From Nitrospirota bacterium (GTDB lineage: Bacteria > Nitrospirota > UBA9217): 64,000 nucleotides of DNA. The position numbers and the translations under genes are program-made. Shown in pieces: positions 52,616 through 62,671 of this stretch. Under the pieces are notes generated by a model that saw only the letters and a program-made list of their open reading frames with translations, was not told the origin of the DNA and ran no database searches. Each line of letters starts with the position of its first letter. The stretch's first letter is position 1. The DNA is taken from contig CAWFSF010000006.1 of assembly GCA_963818475.1 (NCBI GenBank), positions 1,184,001-1,248,000 of the forward strand. Reading direction: 5' to 3'.

Positions 52616-52712
52616 AACCACAGAGTTCACAGAGAAAGGCCTTACTGTTGAATCAGTTACGAACACAGTGGACTCATCCGATTCCTCTGTGGTTGCCTTC
52701 TTGCCTCTGGTT
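52616..52712. repeat. Degenerate nonamer-periodic inverted repeat (hemA-hemC intergenic)
   Basis: AACCACAGAGTTCACAGAG on the left; CTCTGTGGTT (52685-52694) and CTCTGGTT on the right. Confidence 0.55.
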
Positions 52713-52753
52713 TTTATTATTTACAGTACGAAATGAGGTAGCCATTCCTGGCC

Positions 52754-54112
52754 TTACCTGCAGGTGCTCTTTGCTCCGGTTCCCTGCGGCGGGACTATGG
52801 GATCATCAGATTCCGCAGCCTTCACGTGGCCGGGCCGCTTCAGTTCCTTGTCCAGGTTGAAGAGCCTGCGCGCAACAGCGATCGTGGCATCGCCCTCGCC
52901 CGGGACGGACGCCGCCTGTTTGAGGACCACCAGCGGCGCATGGAGCAGTTTGTTCACAATGGCCTGGGACATGGCCTCAATGGCATGCTTCTGGTCGTCG
53001 GTGATGCTGCTCAGCGACGCAAGGGCCTTGTCATACTCGCGTTTCCTGACGTCCTCCACCTTCTCGCGCAGATCAACGATGGTCGGAACCGCATCCAGGG
53101 CGCGCTCCCACTGGAGGTAGGTTTCCACTTCCAGTGATATGAGCTCTTCCGCCTTGGCCGCTTCCTTTGACCTGCCCTCGGTATTGACATCGACCTTGCT
53201 TTGCAGGTCGTCGATGTCGTAGAGGTAGACGTTATCTTCCTTGTCGACATCGGGATCGATGTTCCGGGGATTGGAAATGTCGATCAGGAAGATGGGTTTG
53301 TGGCGTCGTTGCTTCAACGCCTTGGCGACCATATCGCGGTTGACCACGTATTTCGGCGCGCCGGTGGCACAGATCAGGATATCGATCATCACCATGGCGT
53401 CGGGAAAATGTTCGAATCTGATTGCGTCCCCCTTGAACTCCAGGGCAAGCTCCTCGGCGCGCTCGAAGGTGCGGTTGGCCACCATGATGTTCTTGACGCC
53501 GTTGCCAAGAAGGTGCTGCGCCGCAAGTTCCGCCATCTCACCCGCACCCAGGAGCATGACGGTCTTCCCTTCCAGTTCGCCGAAGATCTTCTTTGCCAGC
53601 TCGACCGCAGCGGTGCTGATGGATACGGCCCCTTCGGCGAGTTTGGTCTCGGTGCGGACCCGCTTTGCAACGGAGATCGCTTTTTTGATCAGTTTATTGA
53701 GGATCGTACTGGTGGTCTTGGTCTTGAGCGAGATGTCGAAGGCGTCCTTGAGCTGGCCCAGGATTTGCGCCTCGCCCACGACCATGGAATCGAGGCTCGA
53801 AGCCACGCGGAAGGTGTGACGGACGCCCTGGGCCTCGGGATAAACATAGAGCGACTGTTCCAGCGATTCCCGGCTGAGGCCGTGGTAATCCGATATGAAT
53901 TGTTTGATCCGGTCGACGCCCGAGACGCTGTCCTGGACGGACGCATAGATCTCGACGCGGTTGCAGGTTGAGACAATAAGGCTCTCCCGTACGCCTTCAT
54001 AGGTCATGAGCTTCCGCAGCGCATCGGGAAGCGTGTTCTCGGGGAAGTTGAGCTTTTCGCGCACCTCGATGGGCGCTGACTTATGGCTGAGACCGACTAC
54101 GATGATGCTCAT
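52754..54112 (-). CDS. hemA: Glutamyl-tRNA reductase
   Basis: STCNRVE, SLDSMVVGEAQILGQ, GAGEM, DISNPRNID. Confidence 0.96.
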   Translation of the reverse strand: MSIIVVGLSHKSAPIEVREKLNFPENTLPDALRKLMTYEGVRESLIVSTCNRVEIYASVQDSVSGVDRIKQFISDYHGLSRESLEQSLYVYPEAQGVRHTFRVASSLDSMVVGEAQILGQLKDAFDISLKTKTTSTILNKLIKKAISVAKRVRTETKLAEGAVSISTAAVELAKKIFGELEGKTVMLLGAGEMAELAAQHLLGNGVKNIMVANRTFERAEELALEFKGDAIRFEHFPDAMVMIDILICATGAPKYVVNRDMVAKALKQRRHKPIFLIDISNPRNIDPDVDKEDNVYLYDIDDLQSKVDVNTEGRSKEAAKAEELISLEVETYLQWERALDAVPTIVDLREKVEDVRKREYDKALASLSSITDDQKHAIEAMSQAIVNKLLHAPLVVLKQAASVPGEGDATIAVARRLFNLDKELKRPGHVKAAESDDPIVPPQGTGAKSTCR

Positions 54113-54124
54113 TCGTGTGCCGCC

Positions 54125-54937
54125 TTAAAAAGTATGCTTTCCAACGTTTATCCGGCTGATGATAAAAAAGCTGATCAACACGAGCACGAATCCGAAGATC
54201 GTGAGAAGTGCCATTTTCTTTCCGCGCCAGCCGATCGTCCGCAGGTGCAGGAACGCCAGGTACACGACCCAGATGATGAGCGACGACGTTTCTTTCGGCG
54301 ACCAGCTCCAGTAGGTCCCCCAAGCGCTGTTCGCCCAGATTGCGCCGGTGATCATGCCGAGCGTGAACAGGGGCCAGCCGATGGTGAGCGCCTTATATCC
54401 CAAGGTGTCCATGATGTCGAGCGAAGGCAGGCGGTGAAAAATGGCGCCAAGACGCTTTGCTTTAAGCTGCCGTTCCTGCATCAGGTACATGATCGATATG
54501 ATGAAGGCAAAGGCAAAGGCCGATTCACCCAGAATGGAGAAGCTGGTATGGATGCCGAGCCAGCCGCTTTTGAGGACCGGATCGAGCTCTTTGATATCCC
54601 CCGAGAGGATGAAGGCCGGCGCCATGAGGACGAGCACCAGGGGAAGCATGAACGACCCGAGCGCGGCGATCTTGAACCGGAATTCCATGACCAGAAACAC
54701 CAGCATGATGCCCATGCCGAGGAAATTTGCCGCCTCGAAAAAACCGGTCACCGGAATGCGGCCCGATTCGGTCCATCTGAAGGAGAAGTAGGCGAGATGG
54801 AACAGAAAACCGGCGACCGCCACCCAGAGCGATTTTTCGGCCACCTGCTTGAGGTCAGGCTTGATAAAGTATGTTACGTACCCTGTTGCGGCAAGGAGGT
54901 ACGCCCCGATAGCGGCTTGAAAAAAGTAGAGGTTCAT
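54125..54937 (-). CDS. ccsA: CcsA/ResC (HemX-like) heme-handling membrane protein
   Basis: Multiple TM segments; WLGIH; Trp-rich motif GAIWANSAWGTYWSWSPKE; C-terminal GKH.F; directly upstream of hemA. Confidence 0.8.
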   Translation of the reverse strand: MNLYFFQAAIGAYLLAATGYVTYFIKPDLKQVAEKSLWVAVAGFLFHLAYFSFRWTESGRIPVTGFFEAANFLGMGIMLVFLVMEFRFKIAALGSFMLPLVLVLMAPAFILSGDIKELDPVLKSGWLGIHTSFSILGESAFAFAFIISIMYLMQERQLKAKRLGAIFHRLPSLDIMDTLGYKALTIGWPLFTLGMITGAIWANSAWGTYWSWSPKETSSLIIWVVYLAFLHLRTIGWRGKKMALLTIFGFVLVLISFFIISRINVGKHTF

Positions 54938-55068
54938 TCAGGCTCTTCCCCGGTGAGGTTCCGTCACATAAAGTTGATTATAATACTTTCTAATGCCACT
55001 GAAAGTCAAGGGAAAAACAGGTTTGGATCAGGCCGCGTCCCGACAGCGGTGGTGCATACGACAGAAGA

Positions 55069-55740
55069 TCAACGTTCCTGCACCAGACTGCCCTCGACCA
55101 TCCTGAAAACCCGGTCTGCGCGAATGGCGAGCTTATCATTGTGCGTTACGATCACAAAGGTGATGCCTTGCTCACGGTTGACGCCCTGCAGAAGCTCATG
55201 CACCGCTTCGCCCGTGTGAGCATCGAGGTTCCCGGTCGGTTCATCGGCAAGGATAACATCAGGGGTAAGCAAGAGAGCACGTGCCACGGCAACGCGCTGC
55301 TGCTCGCCGCCGGACAGTTCGCCGGGGCGGTGGTGAAGCCGGGCGCCCAGCCCCACATCGGCCAGGACCGCCGATGCGGCGGCAACGGCCTTATCCCGGT
55401 CAGTGCCACGGATCAGGTCCGGCATCATGACGTTCTCGATCGCCGAAAACTCAGGAAGCAGATGATGGAATTGAAACACGAAACCGACGCGTTCGTTGCG
55501 GAAGCGCGCGACCCGGTCGTTGCTCAAGGCATACACGTCCAGATCGCCATAGATCACCCTGCCGCCGGTCGGGCGCTCCAGCCCCCCCACGATATGGAGG
55601 AACGTACTCTTCCCGACGCCCGAAGCACCCACAATGGCGATCATCTCCCCTTTGCGGATATCGAGATCGATGCCGTCCAGGACATGGAGCTCCACCTGAC
55701 CGCTTAAGAAGGTCTTGCGGAGCTGCTCGATATGGATCAA
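55069..55740 (-). CDS. lolD: Lipoprotein-releasing ABC transporter ATPase
   Basis: [22 protein letters not shown] (LolD motif), [17 protein letters not shown]. Confidence 0.92.
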   Translation of the reverse strand: MIHIEQLRKTFLSGQVELHVLDGIDLDIRKGEMIAIVGASGVGKSTFLHIVGGLERPTGGRVIYGDLDVYALSNDRVARFRNERVGFVFQFHHLLPEFSAIENVMMPDLIRGTDRDKAVAAASAVLADVGLGARLHHRPGELSGGEQQRVAVARALLLTPDVILADEPTGNLDAHTGEAVHELLQGVNREQGITFVIVTHNDKLAIRADRVFRMVEGSLVQER

Positions 55741-55748
55741 AGGAGGTA

Positions 55749-55988
55749 TTATTTCTTGTCTCCCGTCGAAACAGACTCTTTCACCTTATCCACCTTCTTT
55801 TCGATCGTCGCTGCCTGCTCTTCCACCTTCTGTTTGATTGACTCTGCCTGTTCGCCTGCTCCTTCAATTTTCTTTCCAGCCGATTTCAGCAGGTCTGCGC
55901 CGCCGAACAAAATGAAAACGATCAGTGCCAGCGAGAGCAGGATCAGGATCAATAAAAATCTTTTCACGGTACCGCCTTTTTGCGCCAT
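55749..55988 (-). CDS. Small membrane-anchored hypothetical protein
   Basis: GGAGGG RBS; hydrophobic N-terminal segment followed by a Lys/Glu-rich helix; fills the lolE-lolD gap. Confidence 0.75.
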   Translation of the reverse strand: MAQKGGTVKRFLLILILLSLALIVFILFGGADLLKSAGKKIEGAGEQAESIKQKVEEQAATIEKKVDKVKESVSTGDKK

Positions 55989-56046
55989 TGGGTCCCTCCA
56001 GGAGCTGTAGAATTTAACTCAAAATAGAGCCGCGCCTGCTGCGGCC

Positions 56047-57279
56047 TTATTCATATCTCAACACTTCCACAGGGTCCTGCTTCGCCGCCTGCCACGACGG
56101 ATAGAGCGTCGCCAGAAAGCTGATGCCGAGCGCCGTGATTGATATGAACAGAACGTCCAGCGGCGTGATCGAAAGCGGTAAATGGCTCACCTGGTATACG
56201 TCCTTCGGCAGCGTTATCACCCCGGTCCTGGTGATGACGGCAACAGCGCCGTACCCGATGGCCGAGCCGATGGCCGTCCCCACGGACCCGATGACCAGCC
56301 CGGCGAACATGAAGATCTGCATGATGCTGCGGGAAGAAGCGCCCATGGACTTCAGGATGGCGATCTCGCGGCTTTTTTCCATGACGATCATGGTCAGGGT
56401 GCCGATGATGTTGAAGGACGCCACGATGATGATCACCACCAGGATGAGCGACATGCCGATTTTCTCGAGCTTCAGCGCCGAGAAAAAGTTCTTGTTCATC
56501 TCGACCCAGTTTCGTGTGTAGTAGGGATACCCCGCCGCGGCCTGGATGTCGCGCCCGATCTCTTCGGCATTATAGATCTCATCGACCCTGACCTGGACCC
56601 CGCTGACGCGGCCCGGCATGTCGAAGAATTTCTGCGCCTCGGGCAGCGAGATGTACACAAAGCCGGTGTTATAGTCATACATGCCCGCGTCAAAGATGCC
56701 CACCAGCTGAAATTTCCTCAGTTTTGGCACCATCCCCATGGCGGTCTCTTCGCCGACAGGGTTCACCATAGTGAGCGTATCGCCGATCGACATCCCGAAC
56801 TTGCGCGCCAGGTCTTCGCCGATCACGATGCCCGGGGTCTTTTCAGCATGCTCAAGCCCGAGCAAAGAGCCGGCGGTCATGTTCTTTTCCAGGCTCGTTA
56901 CCGTCCCTTCCTTTCGGGGATCAATGCCGCGCACGACGACCCCCTGCACGCGGTCCCGGTTGGTGAGCATGGCCTGGCTGATGATAAAGGGCGTCGTTGC
57001 CGTCACGTGCGCTACGCGGCCGATCTTTTCTTCAAGCGGCTTGATGTCTTTAACGCCGGCGCCGGAATATTCCATAACGACCACATGGGAGATGGCAGAG
57101 AGGATCTTGTCTCGGAAATACCCCTGAAAGCCCGTCATGACCGAAAGCGTGATGATGGACGTGGCAACGCCGATGACCACGCCGGCGATGGAGATGAAGG
57201 TATTGAGCGATACCGTGCCGTGCCGCTTTTTGGTCTTCAGATAGCGCAGGCTGACGAATATTTCAAAAGGGATTTTCAT
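56047..57279 (-). CDS. lolE: Lipoprotein-releasing ABC transporter permease (LolC/E/F family)
   Basis: SLRYLK, GVVIGV...SVMTGF, ALKLEK, EIAILKSMGAS, LYPSWQAA..DPVEVLRYE. Confidence 0.9.
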   Translation of the reverse strand: MKIPFEIFVSLRYLKTKKRHGTVSLNTFISIAGVVIGVATSIITLSVMTGFQGYFRDKILSAISHVVVMEYSGAGVKDIKPLEEKIGRVAHVTATTPFIISQAMLTNRDRVQGVVVRGIDPRKEGTVTSLEKNMTAGSLLGLEHAEKTPGIVIGEDLARKFGMSIGDTLTMVNPVGEETAMGMVPKLRKFQLVGIFDAGMYDYNTGFVYISLPEAQKFFDMPGRVSGVQVRVDEIYNAEEIGRDIQAAAGYPYYTRNWVEMNKNFFSALKLEKIGMSLILVVIIIVASFNIIGTLTMIVMEKSREIAILKSMGASSRSIMQIFMFAGLVIGSVGTAIGSAIGYGAVAVITRTGVITLPKDVYQVSHLPLSITPLDVLFISITALGISFLATLYPSWQAAKQDPVEVLRYE

Positions 57280-57292
57280 AGTAGATTATCGT

Positions 57293-57370
57293 AACCACCA
57301 AAGTTCACAAATAATTACGAATAAAGCGGTCGGCAAACATTCCGCAATCCGCAATCCGAAATCCGCAATG
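57293..57370. repeat. Periodic repeat remnants in the lysS-lolE intergenic region
   Basis: CATTCCG CAATCCG CAATCCG AAATCCG CAATG (57338-57370), preceded by a degenerate AACCAC...CACAAAT...TACGAAT unit. Confidence 0.65.
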
Positions 57371-58849
57371 CTACTTTTCCTTCTTCATCTGCGGGAAAAG
57401 TATCACGTCGCGGATCGAGTTCGACCCGGTCAGCAGCATCACCAACCGGTCAATGCCAATGCCTTCGCCTGCAGCAGGCGGCATGCCGTGCTCAAGGGCG
57501 CGGATAAAGTCCTCATCCATCTGGTGAGCCTCATCGTCGCCTGCCTCCCGTTCGTTCACCTGGTTGAGGAAGCGGTTCTTCTGGTCGACCGGATCATTCA
57601 GCTCGGAAAACGCGTTGGCAAGCTCCCTGCCGACCACGAACAGCTCGAAGCGTTCCACAAAGGCCGGATCGTCCACGCGTTTTTTCGAAAGCGGCGAGAT
57701 GTCCGTGGGGTAGTCGGTAACAAAGGTCGGCTGGATGAGCTTCGGCTCGACCAGGGCCTCGAATATCTCGTTCAGCAGTTTGCCCAGCGGCTCCCCTCCC
57801 GTGATCTTCGCGCCAAGCTTTTTGGCATACTCGCGCGCTTTATCTACGTCGGTCAGGACCTCCGGCGGTACGCCGGCCTCGCGGAGCGTGTCGAGATAGG
57901 TGATCCGTTTCCAGGGAGCTGCCAGGCTGATCTTGTGCCCTTCCGATTCGACCTCGGTCGTGCCGAGGACCTCCATCGCCACCGAGCTGATCATCTGCTC
58001 GGTCAGGTCCATGAGGTCCTGGTAATCGGCGTAGGCGGTATAGAACTCGAGCATGGTGAACTCGGGATTGTGGCGCGTCGAGATACCCTCGTTTCGAAAA
58101 TTCCTGTTGATCTCGTACACGCGCTCGAAACCGCCCACCAGCAGCCGTTTGAGGTACAGTTCAGGCGCGATCCGGAGAAAGAGGTCCATGTCGAGCGCAT
58201 TGTGATGAGTTTTGAAAGGCCTGGCAGTCGCCCCGCCGGGAATGGACTGCATCATCGGCGTTTCCACCTCCAGGTATCCCCTGCTGTTCAGGTACTGGCG
58301 GATGGCCTGCACGATCCTGGTCCTGAGGACAAAGACCTTTTTCACCTCGGGATTGACGATGAGGTCGACATAACGCTGCCGGTAACGGATCTCCACATCG
58401 GTCAAGCCGTGCCATTTTTCAGGAAGCGGACGCAGTGATTTGGCGAGCAGCGTGAATTTCTCCACATCGATCGTCAGTTCGTTCGTTTTCGTGCGGAACA
58501 GGAAACCCGTGATGCCGATGAAGTCACCGATATCGAGCTTTTTAAAAAGAGCATGCAGGTCATCGCCAATGGTATTCTTCTGAACGTACAGCTGGATCCT
58601 GCCCGTGCCGTCCTGGATATGGCAGAAGGCTGCCTTGCCGAAGCTCCTGAGCGCAACAAGCCGGCCCGCCAGAGAGACCGTGACCCTGTTCGCTTCAAGC
58701 TCCTCCTTGGACGTCGCACCGTAGGTCTCTTCGAGAAGCAGCGCCTTCGAGGTCGTTTCGAACTTGCCGGCGTAAGGCTGTATGCCCATCTCGCTGATCT
58801 CAGCAAGTTTCTTGAACCGCTGCTGGATCAGGTCGTTGTAGTCTTCCAT
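57371..58849 (-). CDS. lysS: Lysine--tRNA ligase (class II)
   Basis: PLPEKWHGL, YRQRYVDL, LRIAPELYLKRL, FRNEG, GIGIDRL. Confidence 0.98.
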   Translation of the reverse strand: MEDYNDLIQQRFKKLAEISEMGIQPYAGKFETTSKALLLEETYGATSKEELEANRVTVSLAGRLVALRSFGKAAFCHIQDGTGRIQLYVQKNTIGDDLHALFKKLDIGDFIGITGFLFRTKTNELTIDVEKFTLLAKSLRPLPEKWHGLTDVEIRYRQRYVDLIVNPEVKKVFVLRTRIVQAIRQYLNSRGYLEVETPMMQSIPGGATARPFKTHHNALDMDLFLRIAPELYLKRLLVGGFERVYEINRNFRNEGISTRHNPEFTMLEFYTAYADYQDLMDLTEQMISSVAMEVLGTTEVESEGHKISLAAPWKRITYLDTLREAGVPPEVLTDVDKAREYAKKLGAKITGGEPLGKLLNEIFEALVEPKLIQPTFVTDYPTDISPLSKKRVDDPAFVERFELFVVGRELANAFSELNDPVDQKNRFLNQVNEREAGDDEAHQMDEDFIRALEHGMPPAAGEGIGIDRLVMLLTGSNSIRDVILFPQMKKEK

Positions 58850-58903
58850 CGATGTTTCCTTTCATCCTTAAAACGCATATATATCCTGCAAGAAGAACAG
58901 GTT

Positions 58904-59787
58904 CTAACCCGCCAGCATGGCCAGCACTTCAAGATACTTCTCGCTCGTTCTTTCTTACGACGTCATCAGGAAGTGTCGGCGCGGGCGGCCGCTGGTCCCA
59001 TTTGAGCGACAGCAGATAGTCCCGGACGAATTGCTTGTCAAAGCTCTTTTGCACAACGCCTTCCCGGTAATCGGCCTTGGGCCAGAACCGTGACGAGTCA
59101 GGAGTGAGCACCTCATCGATCAGGATGACCTCATTGTTATAAATGCCGAACTCGAATTTGGTATCGGCAATAATGATCCCCTTGGCCTCGGCAAGAGCGC
59201 AGGCACGGCTGTAGACCCCCAGCGTATACTGTTTTATCTTCTTGGCAACGTCCTGCCCCACGAGCTTCACCACGGTTGCAAAATCGATGTTTTCATCATG
59301 TTCGCCGACCTCGGCTTTCGTCGAAGGAGTGAATATTGGCTCAGGCAGCCGTGATGCCTCGGTCAGGCCTGCGGGAAGCTTGATGCCGCTGACGGAGCCG
59401 GACACCCGGTACTCTTTCAGCCCTGATCCGGTCAAATACCCCCTGACAATGCACTCCACGGGAAGCGGCCGGGATTTCTTGACGAGCATGCTTCTTCCTT
59501 CGAGGATGGCGGCGTGGGGCCTGCACACAGCCGGATATTCGCGTACGTCCGTGGATATCAGGTGATTGGGAACGATCGCTTCCGTCTGGGCGAACCAGAA
59601 TTTGGATATCTGGGTGAGCACACGCCCTTTTTCGGGAACCGCGTTCGGGAGTACGACATCGAAGGCCGAGATCCTGTCCGTGGCCACGATCAACAGCGTG
59701 TCGCCCAGGTCATAGATATCGCGCACTTTTCCGCGTTTCGGCGGTCGTAGTCCGGCTAAGATCAGTCTCCAGTACCAGTGGCGTCAT
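58904..59787 (-). CDS. purC: SAICAR synthase, frameshifted at ~59757 and ~58950
   Basis: [57 protein letters not shown]. Confidence 0.93.
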
Positions 59788-59789
59788 CG

Positions 59790-61103
59790 TCAGGTTCCTT
59801 TCTCTTGGTTCTCCGGGGCATACTTGAGCACCCGTATTCGGGCGATCCTGTTCTTCCGAAGCCGGAGGACGGTGAACTGCAGATTATCATACCGAACCTG
59901 GTCGCCCTCCACCGGCAGCTTGCCGAAAAGGCCGAGCACAAAACCGCCTACGGTCTCAAATTCGTCTTCCGGCAGCGTGACTCCTAGTGTCTCGTTCAGT
60001 TTGCCGATATCGGTCCTGCCTTCGACGATATAGCGGTTCGCCGCAACCTCGTCGATCTCGCGGAGTTCAGCTCCTTGTTCATCGCGGACATCCCCGACGA
60101 GCTCCTCGATAAGGTCTTCCATCGTAACCAGACCGTCGGTCCCGCCGTATTCGTCTCCTACCAGAACCAGGTGGATGCGCCGCTCGCGCATTTCCCTGAG
60201 CAGCACGCTCACGTTCTTGTTCGGCGGAACAATATAGGGCTTGCGCAGAACGCTTTCAACCTGGAACGGCTGCTTTGACAGATGGAGCGGCAGAAGGTCA
60301 TTAAGATATACCACACCGATGATGTTATCGATGGTCTCGGCATAGACCGGCAGGCGCGAGAACCCATTTTCGTTCATGGTCCGGAGGATGGTGTCGATAT
60401 CGGTTGCAGCTTCGACAGCAATGATCTCGATCCGGGGGACCATCACTTCCTTCACGACCGTGTCGGTGAAACGGAACACGCTGTGGATCAGGTCTTCTTC
60501 GGACGTTTCGAATATTCCGCTCTTGCGCCCCTCCCGGATAAGGAACTTGACCTCATCCTCGGATACATAAGACGGCTCCCGCTCGCCCGGTGAAGTGAAC
60601 AGGCCGAGCACAAAATTATTTGAAAGCGTAAGGATCCTCAGAACCCAGTGAAACAACCGGGAAAGAATTTCTATTGGCCCGGAGGTGGCCGATGCGATCT
60701 TTTCAGAATACCGGATCGCCAAAGACTTGGGCACCAGCTCGCCGAACACAAGGGTAAAATAGGTTATCAAGCTTACCACGATCCCGACAGCCAGCGGTTC
60801 AGCGGCCTTTTGCACGAATTCGAGCGGGACGGCGGCAAAAACGGGCTTTATTCGCTCAATAGCGATCACGCCGCCCAGGGTGGCAGCCAGCGTCCCGATA
60901 AGGGTTACGCCGATCTGGACCGTAGCGAGGAACCGTTCCGGCTCCTCCTGAAGCTTCTGGATCCTCCGTGCTATGGGGTTGCCGCTTTTGACGAGGTGCC
61001 GGACGCGGCTCCTGCGCAATGAGATCAGGGATATTTCAGCCGCTGAAAAATAACCGTTGAGCAGGATCAGGAGAAAAATCAATGAAAGTTCAAGAAACAG
61101 CAT
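59790..61103 (-). CDS. CNNM/CorB-family Mg2+ transporter (hemolysin-family; DUF21 + CBS + CorC)
   Basis: FSAAE, FGELVPK, VMVPR, FSRLPV, DEYGG..G.VT.EDLIEELVG. Confidence 0.9.
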   Translation of the reverse strand: MLFLELSLIFLLILLNGYFSAAEISLISLRRSRVRHLVKSGNPIARRIQKLQEEPERFLATVQIGVTLIGTLAATLGGVIAIERIKPVFAAVPLEFVQKAAEPLAVGIVVSLITYFTLVFGELVPKSLAIRYSEKIASATSGPIEILSRLFHWVLRILTLSNNFVLGLFTSPGEREPSYVSEDEVKFLIREGRKSGIFETSEEDLIHSVFRFTDTVVKEVMVPRIEIIAVEAATDIDTILRTMNENGFSRLPVYAETIDNIIGVVYLNDLLPLHLSKQPFQVESVLRKPYIVPPNKNVSVLLREMRERRIHLVLVGDEYGGTDGLVTMEDLIEELVGDVRDEQGAELREIDEVAANRYIVEGRTDIGKLNETLGVTLPEDEFETVGGFVLGLFGKLPVEGDQVRYDNLQFTVLRLRKNRIARIRVLKYAPENQEKGT

Positions 61104-61143
61104 AATTGGTCAAGGTAAAGAGCGTGCAGAGAGCGCAGGCGCT

Positions 61144-62613
61144 TTAAAATCCATATTCCTTCCAGCGTGCTTCAACCTTCTGCTGGACCTGCGGGTCCAT
61201 TTTTATCTCATCGGGCCAGGACCGGGTAAACCCTTCGCCCGGGCCCTTGCGCGTTGCATCGATCCCCATCTTGCCGCCGAAGCCGATCTGCGGGCAGGAG
61301 TGATCAAGGATGTCGAGCGGGCCGTCGGTAATGACCACGTCCCGCTGCGGGTCCACATGGTTCATGACCTTCCAGGTCACTTCTGAATAGTCGTGAATGT
61401 TCACATCCTCATCGCAAACGATCACGAATTTGGAGAGCATGAGCATTCCCGTGCCCCATATCGTGTGGATCACCTTCTTGCCGTGTCCGGCATATCGTTT
61501 TCTGATCTTGACGATCACGTTGTTGTGGAACACCCCTTCGACGGGCATGTCCATATCGAGGATATCGGGCGCCACCATCTGCAGGAGCGGCAAGAAGATC
61601 CGCTCCGTTGCCTTGCCGATATACGCATCTTCCTGGGGAGGGCGGCCGACCAGCGTTGCAGGATAGATGGCGTCTTTCCGGTGGGTGATCGCCGTTACAT
61701 GGAAAACGGGATATTCGTCCGCTTCAGAGTAATAGCCGGTATGGTCGCCGAAAGGCCCCTCGATCCGGCGTTCCCGGGGTTCCACGTAGCCTTCGAGCAC
61801 GAACTCCGCCTCAGCCGGCACCCGCAGGTCGATCGTTTTGCACTGCACGACCTCGAGGGGCTGTTTTCGCAAAAAACCGGCAAAGATGAACTCGCCTATG
61901 GCCGGCGGCAGCGGCGCTGTCGACGCATAGATGATCGAGGGATCGCCGCCAAGGGCGACGGCCACCTCCATGCGCTTGCCCGCGGCCTCATACTGCTGGT
62001 AGTGACGCGCCCCGTCCTTATGCTTATGCCAGTGCATACCGGTCGTCCGACGGTCGAAGACCTGCAGGCGGTACATGCCCACATTGGTGATCCTGGTGGC
62101 AGCATCGAGCGTGCAGACCATGGGAAGCGTTATGAACCGCCCGCCGTCAGCCGGCCAGCACTTGAGCACCGGAATGCGCGTCAGGTCGACCTGATCGCCG
62201 GTCAGCACCACTTCCTGGCAGGGGGCCTTTTTGACGGTCTTGGGGAAAAATCCGGACAGTTCGGCAAGTTTGGGCAGCATCTGGATCTTATCCATGATGC
62301 CGGCGCCGGGACCGGGAAAGAGATTGATCGGATCGACGATGTCCTTGATGCGCTGACCGACCTCGTCCAGGCTCCCGACCTCAAGCCCGAGGCACATCCG
62401 CTTCATGGACCCGAAAGCGTTCGTGAGCACCGGAAAGGGCGAACCCTTGACCCGTTCAAAGAACAGCGCCTTGTTCCGGCTCCCCTTTTCCTTCGATACC
62501 CGGTCCGTTATTTCGGCGATCTCAAGCTCGGCGTCAACCTCGGCCTTGATCCTGATCAGTTCGCCGTTTTTTTCAAGCGCAGCTATGAAATCCCGCAGAT
62601 TATCGTATGCCAT
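61144..62613 (-). CDS. UbiD-family menaquinone biosynthesis decarboxylase (MqnL-like)
   Basis: LKCWP.DGG.FIT, NVGMYR, EGPFGDHTGYYS, GRPPQED, LDHS, GGKMGIDAT. Confidence 0.85.
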   Translation of the reverse strand: MAYDNLRDFIAALEKNGELIRIKAEVDAELEIAEITDRVSKEKGSRNKALFFERVKGSPFPVLTNAFGSMKRMCLGLEVGSLDEVGQRIKDIVDPINLFPGPGAGIMDKIQMLPKLAELSGFFPKTVKKAPCQEVVLTGDQVDLTRIPVLKCWPADGGRFITLPMVCTLDAATRITNVGMYRLQVFDRRTTGMHWHKHKDGARHYQQYEAAGKRMEVAVALGGDPSIIYASTAPLPPAIGEFIFAGFLRKQPLEVVQCKTIDLRVPAEAEFVLEGYVEPRERRIEGPFGDHTGYYSEADEYPVFHVTAITHRKDAIYPATLVGRPPQEDAYIGKATERIFLPLLQMVAPDILDMDMPVEGVFHNNVIVKIRKRYAGHGKKVIHTIWGTGMLMLSKFVIVCDEDVNIHDYSEVTWKVMNHVDPQRDVVITDGPLDILDHSCPQIGFGGKMGIDATRKGPGEGFTRSWPDEIKMDPQVQQKVEARWKEYGF

Positions 62614-62622
62614 AGAAAGTCG

Positions 62623-62651
62623 ATTCTAGCGGAATCAGACAGGTTTTGCAA
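62623..62651 (-). promoter_or_regulatory. Sigma70-like promoter just upstream of the UbiD-family ATG
   Basis: TTGCAA-17 nt-TAGAAT, 9 nt before the ATG, no SD. Confidence 0.55.
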
Positions 62652-62671
62652 TCAAAAACTCCTGCGGAACG

